Made by a program: the position numbers and the translations under genes. Shown piece after piece: positions 37,261 to 47,534 of a stretch of DNA of 64,000 bases (positions are counted from its first letter, which is position 1; every line of letters begins with the position of its first letter). A model generated the notes under the pieces. That model was not told the DNA's origin, did not search any database, and was given only the letters and a program-made list of their open reading frames with translations. This stretch comes from Octopus sinensis. Lineage: Eukaryota. The DNA lies in contig NC_042997.1 in the NCBI RefSeq assembly GCF_006345805.1, forward strand, positions 183,706,001-183,770,000, in the 5' to 3' direction.

Positions 37261-37324
37261 GGCACTGTCATACTTTTAGTTGTCAGAAGACTTTCCTCCT
37301 GACAACTAAAAGCATGACAGTGCC
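37261..37324. repeat. 64-bp near-perfect inverted repeat (26-bp stem, 12-nt loop)
   Basis: ggcactgtcatacttttagttgtcag / ctgacaactaaaagcatgacagtgcc, one mismatch. Confidence 0.95.
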
Positions 37325-37997
37325 AAAAAAAACAAGTTCACGTTTTCTATGGATACAATACAAACTTATGGTTTATTAATTATTTTGCTATCAACGTTAT
37401 CACTAACTGCCCTTGAGCAAATGAACCTAATACTGTGAGTAAAGGGCACCTCCAGGCTGCAGTATTCACAAAAACCATGCCATCAAAAACTTTGTGCCAA
37501 ATGCTAAGCACCCTCGTTAATTTTCTGTCCTTTAGAAGCATTAAAAAAATCAAAATGACAGAGGTGTGATACGATATATCCTTTTGATAACAGTAATATT
37601 TATTTAGTAACGAATCAAATGTTATTAGAGAATAAATAATGAAATAACACAAAATAAACATCAAGCAACAAGTATAAACATCTTTTAGGTAATTCAGAAG
37701 TTTTACAATAAGCAATACATAGGTACTAGTAAAATACATATGCTTTATAATAACCAATCACCTCCTACGGTATTACATAATTTTGACGCTTTTTTTACTC
37801 CGAGTAAACATATAACAGTAATAAAAGGACTTGGAGTAAGACTAGTTAAAAATACCGTAGTTTATACGCAAATTATGTTACATAATATAAATTAAAAAAA
37901 CAATTATAAATCGCGTATAGAGTGTCGGTTTAGAGCAAACGGTGAAATTCCCACAATAATTTAACGAATACGAATGTTAGTTCATTTTATAACTTAC

Positions 37998-38006
37998 CGT
38001 TCTCAT
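37998..38006 (-). CDS. MRPS24: Alternative candidate MRPS24 first coding exon (MRT)
   Basis: ATG AGA ACG|gtaagt, a consensus donor in phase 0, next to the shared promoter. Confidence 0.4.
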
Positions 38007-38009
38007 GAA

Positions 38010-38245
38010 AGAACTGCAAAGATACGAAGACATAATTTCAGCTTCGATTACGTTTGCCGATCGCTGACAATATTGAGAAAAACGCATGCGTGTCAAAGAC
38101 ACGTTGGTAGCGACAGTGTGCTACGCTACTTACCATTGGACGAACGGAAAATATCGACCAATAAAATTGCTTCGCTCAAATTCACTTCGGTCCTCGCCTA
38201 CAATTAGTGCAGCCATTTTGTTTTGATGTGCAAACCCAACGAAAG
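38010..38245. promoter_or_regulatory. Putative bidirectional promoter MRPS24/SAR1 and SAR1 non-coding first exon (donor after 38245)
   Basis: CpG-retaining; opposed CCAAT boxes (38135, 38158), CGGAA (38145), palindrome acgcatgcgt (38082), YY1-type GCCATTTTG (38212), donor AAG|gtaaat at 38246. Confidence 0.55.
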
Positions 38246-40172
38246 GTAAATGAATTAAGTCGCTTCACAATTTTTACACAGAACTTTGTGGGATTATTTT
38301 TTGGGGCCATGAAATAGCTGTTTTAATTCTTGTTAATGTTCATCGAGTATTTCCTATTAATAATTTCGTTTTAACTTAACGCTTTCTCAAATTTATGCTC
38401 TATATTAGTCCGATAATTTAAAGAACTGTTGACGTACATATGTATATATATATATTATATATACATATATATCAACAGATGTAATTGAATACATTGAATA
38501 TATCACTAGTTACCTATACCTTACATATATTTATCTATCTACTCAAAAGAAATATTTAAAGTTATGTAATTATCTAATTAAAATGCTTATGATCATACCA
38601 GTTCTTCATCTCAATTGTTTTAAAAATAAAATTCAGCTGTTTCCTCCTCTCTTTTGTTCTCGTTAAATTCAAAATATGACAAATATTTCACCACATAATT
38701 CGACCTATCTCTCCTCTTCTCGTCTACGTATGTATTTATACTTCACTTGCAGATAGAAGCTGTACATACGACTTAGGATTGGGTGTCAACTTTAGAGATT
38801 GTGATTCGTAACTGGGCGTACGCTAAAATATTTCGCCAATACGTTTATTACTTTACTGAATTATAATCTTTGATTATGAGACATGTTCTTGATGAGCGAA
38901 TTAGACAAGATAAACGATCAGTTACCAGACTCATTAAACGCAAACTTCTGTTTAATTTTTGGCAAAAGTTTCTTTTCCCCTTCATGAATATAAGTGTCAA
39001 AAAATTCATCTTGTGATTGAATTCGTATCTAGTTTTCAACTTTGAACTTTGTATACGTATTTGAGTATCTCTTTTGTTCATGTTAGCTGAGTAACATATA
39101 AATTATGGAAATTTAAAGGATTTCCATTCAGTTGTATTTCAAATTATTTTCGGAAATTCCTATTGAAACTAATTATTTTGTGGCTCTCCTTATCTAATCT
39201 AAACAGTAAACGAGAATTGTAAAGAACAAAATCTGTTATATGTGAATTTATTATTCTTATCTTTATATATATAACGTTCATAGTTGATATAATTAAATGA
39301 ATACTTATTACTGTATTGTTAGTTGCTCTCTTCAAAAGACAATTCTGGTGAAGATCGCCTTCGATACTAACTTTTTGACGAATCAGCATAAAAAGGGGAA
39401 ATATCCCCACCCTACACTGTGATAGTAATGAGTTAAGATTGTTTACAAACAGGTTTAATCGTATACAAGATTGTCGACAAATCGTAAATTGTTATTCAGT
39501 CTCCGTTTTACTTATGTCAACATGAACGCCTATCAATTTCATTACGATTAATCTCAATATCGTTTCTTTTACTTTTTATTGTTAATTCACTGTGAACTAG
39601 GTTGTATTTTAGATGTGTTTTGCTTTAATTTATGGGAAATTGTTAATTTATTTTAAACAATTATTTGCAGATGATAATTATACACTTCATAGTTATTTCT
39701 GTCACATTCATGTGAAAATAAATATCAGTTGCTCAGATGCAACTAGTTTTTAACCAGATTTCATTACCTTATCACACTTCAGATAATAATCCAACTTTTT
39801 TTTTTATCATTTTGGCTGAATGGGTTTAAATATTTTCAATTTTAATATATCGCATACTTAAATTTGTGTCAATAAACCTAAATTCTTTGCATTACAGCAT
39901 TTCTGCAACTAGCTAGTCAACTTCAGTTGTCTGTCATCGTTTAGTTCATTACACATCTTTAATAAAGGTTTCTTTTTGTTTCCGCTAATCCTGTCACGAG
40001 TATAACATAAAAAATTCGAGTTATTCAAATTATTAAACTGGTTTTCGTAAATCTCTTTGTACGTTTGTATATTTACTTTGGTATAAGAACTTTTTTTGTT
40101 TACATTGTATAATTTTATATTTTATGATTTATATTCATAATTTCATTTTATTTTTACTATTAGGTCTCAAGT

Positions 40173-40215
40173 ATGTTTATGATTGAATGGATTACCAACA
40201 TCCTAAATTTTATGG
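40173..40215 (+). CDS. SAR1: SAR1 GTPase coding exon 1 (MFMIEWITNILNFMG)
   Basis: Acceptor tttactattag at 40163, ATG at 40173, donor G|gtaag; Sar1-type amphipathic N-terminus. Confidence 0.9.
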
Positions 40216-43029
40216 GTAAGAAGAAAAAAATACTTAATCATTATGTTTATCAAATTGATGGAGGGTTTAATATTTAAGAATGCTCAAACTACTACCAGTA
40301 ATAATAGTAATGTGATTTCGATTGATCTCTTTCATTTTACTAATTTATTACTGTTGAGGATAGCTTACTGCTACAGTTGAGTTCGTTTCTCAATAACTGG
40401 TATCTTACAAACGAGTGACATAGTGTGTGTGTGTGTGTTATAACCAGAAAACTGAGAATGTTCTCTGTATAGAGTTTAGGTTAAGTGACCAAACAGATTT
40501 TGTTGGTCAGAAACCTACAGCAACGTTATATTTTAGAAACGAGACATTCAAATAAAATTTCTTTTGAAGATTTAACAGTGTTCGTGCTTAAAAAAAAATA
40601 AAAGCATGTGAACACACACCTCTTTTATATATTAGATAAAATATAAGAGCATAGGAATGATCGTGTGAACAAATAGTCTTTCAGGAGCAAGTAACTCATT
40701 ATTTTCACTTAATCTTTGCAAGATCTATTTTTACAACTGATCCAGCTGCTGAAAATGTGAAAAATTTGGAACTACTGTTATGATTTATTTCAAGGCTTAT
40801 ATTTTATCAATAAATAAGTACTATTTACCACAGAAGTTGTCATCAGTAGGAAGGGTATCCAGCTGTGAAAAAGCTATTGCCTCCATTAGGAATAAAAAAA
40901 AGTATGAATGCAAAATAGCAAGGCTCTGGATGTCAGTTCTTGTTGAATTCAGTTTGGAGTATGATTTTTATTGCCATATTTGACCACCCACTCTTGCAGT
41001 GATTCTCAGCATTATGTAACTCAACACCATCTTTTACTGGAATTGTATTTTTACAAACACCCCATCCTTGCATTGGTAATCGAACACATAAATTTTGTGC
41101 AGTGATTTATTATCTATATATTCTCATATTTTTCTATCGATCATCATATTTAACGTCCATGTTCTTCCTTTTAGACACTTGCATGGACTAGTACTTCTAT
41201 GCTAAACTTAGAGAAATTACTAAAGAAAGTGTCAAATTCACCACAAAACCAAGGACTTATATTTATGAAATTATATTTAGATTTGCATTATTGGTGTACA
41301 TGAATAAAAACAAAATAAAGAACACTACAATTTAAATTTTAAATGAAATACTATTAAGGTTTTGTAACTGATGTTAGTAAATCAAATCCATATGCCTGTA
41401 TGTGATTATTTTTAAGATTAAAAAAAAGTAAATATAAATTAATTCAAGATACTCAATAAATCCTCATATTTCAAAAACAATATCAACAATTGAAAAATAG
41501 TACTGGTTTCAACATTGGTGATTTTTGTTTCTTTAATGGAGTTTCACATTACTGTGGTTCAACCCACATTATTCGAATTTTAGGAAATGTACAGAACACA
41601 GATGTCATGGGTGCAAGTCACTGTCATCTCCATGATTGGAGCAATGTCCTCCATAAAATATTTTTTTGTGAAAAAGAAGCCATGACAGATTATATAATCT
41701 GAAAGATAAGCTGAACAAGAAAAATCACAAATGCTTATCCTTATATATGAAATTTTGAATTTAGTTCTCAGACCCACCCACCCACCCCAGTCCTACCTTT
41801 GTGGAGCACATGTTGGGAACCACTGCTATAAATCAATGTGGTAGTTTATGTAGAGAACTAACACGTGTATATGGTTAAAAAAATTTTTTTTTTAAATCAG
41901 ACCACTGGTGCAAAAGAAAATATGGTGCAAAATGCGCTTAAGACCACTAAAATGTAAAACCTTGCAAAGAGAATTTCAAATTGATCATACTCACCTAAAA
42001 TTAAATTCTAAAATAATGTATATCATTCAGTTAAGTAATTTCCCTATATTTTTACTTAATCTAGAAAGCTTAATTTTCTTTTAAAGATCAGTTTAAAACA
42101 AACTACACGTATCCAAATGGAATGTAAATTAAATAGAATTTCTGATATCGTGCTTTATTTATCTATGACTGGTATCATTTTAGAGGAATTTAAATTTTGC
42201 ATATTTTTCTGCAGTTATGTCAAACAAACTTATTTCAATTGAAAATCTCAAGTTAGCAATTCAGTTTTATTTATGTAAAAAGAGTACAATATCTAATATA
42301 TGTCACGTGATAAATTATTTATTAATGACTAATTGGTTTGTGTACCAGAAAGTTTAGTTAAAGAATTGTAGTGTTACCAGTTTGAAAGCCTCATTATATG
42401 TACTAATTATGTGGCATGTTGCCAATAAGTGTAGTTATATCTTAGTTTTTCAGGCAGAAAAATCACTTTATAACTAATTTAAGTTTTTGTTTGTTTTTAC
42501 TCTAGCAACTTAAATTATAGAATCAAATAGAAAATAAGTGCTACGGTTCTGCTAATCTTGAATTTAAACTTTCCTTTCATACATACCAAAGAACAGTTTA
42601 AAATTTTGTGAGGTGCTGGCATGGCTGTGTGGTGTAAAAGTCTACTTCTCAATCATGTGGTTTTGAGTTCAGTTCCACTGAACTGCACTTTGTGTCTTCC
42701 ACAATAACCCTGGGCTAACCAAATCCTTGTAAGTGGGTTCATTGAACAGAAATTAAATGAAGCTCATTGTACATGTGTGTTTGTTTCTCTTTGTCCTGAC
42801 ATTGTGTGATAGTTGTAAAGAAGCATCACCATCCTACAAGTGATGATATTCATCTCCAATCTTCTGTGTAAACATGTCTGGCCACAGTGAAATATTACCT
42901 TGCTTAGAAACAGGTGAGTTATGGCAACAGGAAGGACATCCAGCTGTAGAAAATCTGCCTCAACAAATTCCATATGAGCATGAATAAGGAGATGTTAAAA
43001 CAGTGATGAGGATGATTAATTCTTTGCTA

Positions 43030-43345
43030 CTTACTTTGTGCCGGTGGTACGTAAAAAGCACCATCTGAACGTGGCCGATGCCAGTGCCACCTTAACTGGC
43101 TTCTGTGCTGGTGGCAACGTAAAAAGCACCAACCATTCGTGGCCGCTGCCAGCCTTCCCTGACACGTAAAAAGCACCCACTACACTCACGGAGTGGTTGG
43201 CGTTAGGAAGGGCATCCAGCTGTAGAAACACTACCAGTTCAGACTGGAACCTGGTGCAGCCTCCTGACTTTCCAGACCCCAGTTGAACCATCCAACCCGT
43301 GCGAGCACGGAAAACGGACATTAAACGATGATAATGATGATGATG
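43030..43345 (+). mobile_element. RTE LINE 3' tail (family C), three repeat units
   Basis: Family C tail. Confidence 0.8.
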
Positions 43346-43892
43346 AATACATTCAGATCCCATTAAATTATCAGATGTATTTGACCTTGTATCATTTACT
43401 AACTTAGGTAATATAAATAATAGAAGATTTGTTTCTATGTATGTGGTCATTACTTGAATATTTTGCACTCATGACTATTGTAATCAACAGTATCTGAAAG
43501 AATTCACAAGAATTTTGTTTTCATTCTATTGCATTTAATTTTCCATAAGTATTGTTATTCATCTGATGCATGACATTTTTAACTGTTGATCTACATAATA
43601 GTAGTTAACATATTTAAATTAGGGAGCATTAAAATGTTAGAAAATAACTTTGATGTCAAATCATAAGAAAGAAAAGGTCTAAATGCTTTGACACAAAAAA
43701 TGTGACCTAACTTCAGTAGTTTCTGAGGTACCACAAGCAGACTGACATGCTATCAAACAAGCAAACTTGACAAAGATTAGGAGCAATGGTGGTTAGTGAT
43801 GCACAGAAAATAGTGGATAGATATTGGTAGGTGTCAAACAATTTGGACATGGGTCTGGATAAGATGGTGTTAAGGATATTTGATGTGTTAGC

Positions 43893-44285
43893 ACCCACAC
43901 CAGGCATAACTGCAGGGTAAGAAGCTTGCTTCTCAACCATTTGATTCTGGGTTCAGTCCCACTGTGTGGCACCCTGGGCAAGTGTCTTCTACTATAGCCT
44001 TGGGCCAACCAAAGCCTTGTGAGTGGATTTGGTAGATAGAAACTGAAAGAAGCCTATTGTGTGTGTGTTTGTAACCCACCATAGCTTAACAACCGATTGT
44101 GGTGTGTTTACATCCCTGTAATTTAGCAGTTCAGCAAAAGAGACTGCTAGAATAAGTATTAGGCTTCAAAAAAATAACAAGTTCTAGGGTAAGTTCATTC
44201 GACTAAAACCCTTCAAGGTGGTGCCCCAGCATGGCCGCAGTCAAATGATTGAAACAAGTAAAATCTTAAAACAAAGATAAAGATA
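43893..44285 (+). mobile_element. SINE family A variant
   Basis: Head ggcataactgcagggtaag and family A body. Confidence 0.8.
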
Positions 44286-45278
44286 TTGTCTTATACAGTT
44301 AGAAGTTTCATTTGTAATAATAATACTATTATTTTTCTCTTCATCTCTTCATGGAGAGACAGAGAAAAATTTCTTTGATTTTGTTCATCTGTTTTTGATT
44401 AATTTCATTCTTAACCCGTTTCAGCTTATTGTGTATTAGATGTCACTAATATGCTGGTTTCAGGCATGTTGGAGCTGTGACTCGGAGTAATAAAAGTAAC
44501 AAAACATACATCCCTTTGGCCAAGTGCTTAAATGAATAATGACCTTATCTTGACATGAACCAACTGGAAATAACTTTTAAAAATAAAAAAATTAAGAATT
44601 TCTACTTCATAATCTTTAAAATGTAGCAGTTTTGAGACACTGGTAATCTTTCAGCATAATGAAAAAATAATATGCCAAATCATTTTTTCATTTTCGGTTT
44701 AAAATGCCTTTAGAATTGGGTTTTAAAAAAAAATTTTTTTAATTATTATTCTACTCAGGCTTTGTTTGGTGATAAGTCTGCAATTTTGCTTTATCCAGTT
44801 TTGTTGAAGTATAATTAAAACTATTAATTGTGGAGATACTAAAAGCCTATTAACTAGACTTACTTTCAAATATATAAGTTCACAAATTATCTTGTCTTTA
44901 GTAAACTTCTACTTAGCTATTGCCCTTACTTGAGAAAACCTCATTTCAAATAAGTTTGAGAGTGCATTATAATAGAGCTTCATAATATCCATTAAATTCT
45001 TATTCAAATTAATACCTGTCTTAAGAGTTGCAGTACTTGTACTTTATTAGCATGGTTTTCAATGAAAAATTAATCTTTGGATTCATTTTGGCTACACACT
45101 TGAAATGTTTATTAAATTCTTTGAGGAATTAACAATCCTTATTACCAGTTTAGGCTTCAGAGTGTAATAAAGGGTTTGTTTCTTTCTACTGGAACAGAGA
45201 CACTGTAAAGGAAAAGAACCACTAACAACCAAAACAATAACTATGAACATAATAAGAAAATACACTTTTAATTTAGAA

Positions 45279-45583
45279 TAGTAGTTTTCAACTGGGACCC
45301 ATATGACCCTTAAGGGTCCATATAAGATTTTTGAGGATCCATGTTGGCAAAATAGTAAATTGGGGACCCACAATAGTCTCTTAAGGGGTGATGAAAAAAT
45401 TTTGCCTTAGATGTATTTATTGCAAGAAACGGCATTGACCTACACGAGTTAATGTATGAAAAGCAAAAAGGGAATTTTTGAAAGAAGTATCTATGAAAAA
45501 CATCGAATGGCCATGGGTATCCACCAGATAAAGTAGTAATCAAAGGATTTCATAGGTAAATAAGTAATGGTTAATAACTACTG
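45279..45583. mobile_element. hAT-type MITE
   Basis: Degenerate TIRs tagtagttttcaac ... gttaataactactg; decayed 8-bp flanks. Confidence 0.6.
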
Positions 45584-45619
45584 ACTTGGACTTTTTTCAT
45601 ATTCAGGTTTCAAAAAACA

Positions 45620-45905
45620 TTCAAGCGAGGTTGTGGCCAGTGATGCTGGACTGGCTCCTGTGCAGGTGGCACATAAAAAGCACCATTTGAGCATGGCCAT
45701 TGCCAGTACCGCCTAGCTTGCCCTCGTGCCAGTGGCACGTAAAAGCACCTACTACACTCTTGGAGTGGTTGGCGTTAGGAAGGGCATCCAGCTGTAGAAA
45801 CTCTGCCAGATCAGATTGGAGCCTGGTGCAGCCATCTGGTTCGCCAGACCTTAGACAAATCGCCCAACCCAAGCTAGCATGGAAAGCAGACGTTAAATGA
45901 TGATG
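45620..45905 (+). mobile_element. RTE LINE 3' tail (family C)
   Basis: Family C tail. Confidence 0.8.
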
Positions 45906-46577
45906 TTTCAGTATGAAATTTATTTTAGACAATGTCAAGCTTAGATGCAATAATATTTATCTCATCACATTTGGAGAGTAATTTGATGGCAAGATCCTTA
46001 TTTTATTTATGTTGAGTTTATTGAAAAGCTATTGGAAGCAAGGACAGTTTTTAACATAAATTAAAAATCAATATTCTCTAGTAATTTTACCACTGAAATT
46101 TTTCACCTGTTCATTGGATCGGGATATTTTTGATGCAGTTACTCTGCTAGTTAAATACTATTTTACTACTGTTCCTTTTCAGCAATGGTTTTGGTACACA
46201 GCGTTGATTTTTATAATTCTGTAAATAATAATAATAGTATTTTATAAGCTTAAATCTTGTAAGCAATCACTGTGTAATGACTGAAGAAAATAGTTTAATA
46301 ATGGGGCATATACGCCCTCAATGGAAAAAGTAGGTTTTCCTGTATTTGTGGGACACAAACCCATATCTATTATTCTTATCTCTGAGTAGGGGCAAACATT
46401 TGGTAGAAGTGTTTAATTTCATTTCAATAATGACTTTTGTATTTATGAAATGTTTTGAGATACATCATTAAAATGTTAATTCTCTTGTACAGACATTTTA
46501 AATTAAAGCTTGTATAGAGAAACAAAGGAAAGCAAAATTTTCTTTAAAGTATAACTTAGTTTTATTTTTGTTTTCAG

Positions 46578-46697
46578 GTTTGTATAAAAAATCTGGCAAA
46601 CTCGTATTTCTTGGCCTGGACAATGCTGGAAAGACTACATTATTACACATGCTCAAAGATGAGCGAATGGCACAACATGTACCAACATTACATCCCA
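46578..46697 (+). CDS. SAR1: SAR1 coding exon 2 (P-loop GLDNAGKT)
   Basis: [39 protein letters not shown]; ttttcag acceptor, A|gtaag donor. Confidence 0.97.
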
Positions 46698-47534
46698 GTA
46701 AGATAATCTCATATTCAATATGCATTTTTTTTTATTGCTACTTACAAGTTTATTAAATTTTATTTTTTGAAAATTGTATGTTCTATTTTTATCTTTTTTA
46801 TGGTAATTGACTTGTTTTCATATATATCATTAAAAATATAAATCATTGTCATCAGCAAAATATTGACGTCATTTGTTTTCATGGTTTGAACGTCATTTCA
46901 CCTGCTGTTGCAGTCTCTCGTCATTTAGTTTATGTTACAATAAGAAAACTAATTTTCTTGTGGTGTGGTTTCTATGGCCAGATATCTTTTTCATAACCAG
47001 TAACTTTACAACATAGACTGGGTGCATTTTATCTTGTTTCCAACATCAGAAAGATTATCTACAAGAGGACTAAAACCCCTCCTCTATCCCATATCATCTT
47101 TTTTTCTTTTCTTTTTTTTTTCATGCCTCTACATGGGTTGATTGCATTATGGTTGAGACACCACATCTCTTCATGTTATGCATATCTATAATATATAAAT
47201 TTATTTCGAATATGGTTAAAAGGGACATTCAGTCAGAGACTGATGGCATATTTAGTGACTATTGTGTTTAAAAGAATCATAATTTCTGGCATAATATAAT
47301 TCTAAATACTTAATCTCTGTGGTGTAATACACATCATCATCATGTGTAGGTAGGATAACAAAAAAAAATATTTTAAATCTTTTTTCAACTTTCTTAATCT
47401 TTATATCCATATTGGTTCCACAGTCCCTTTGAAAAAGACATGGTGGAATAAATGTCCTGGGATATATTGATAATATTGTATTGCTCTCTCTCTATCTATA
47501 TATATATATATATATCTATATATATATATATATA

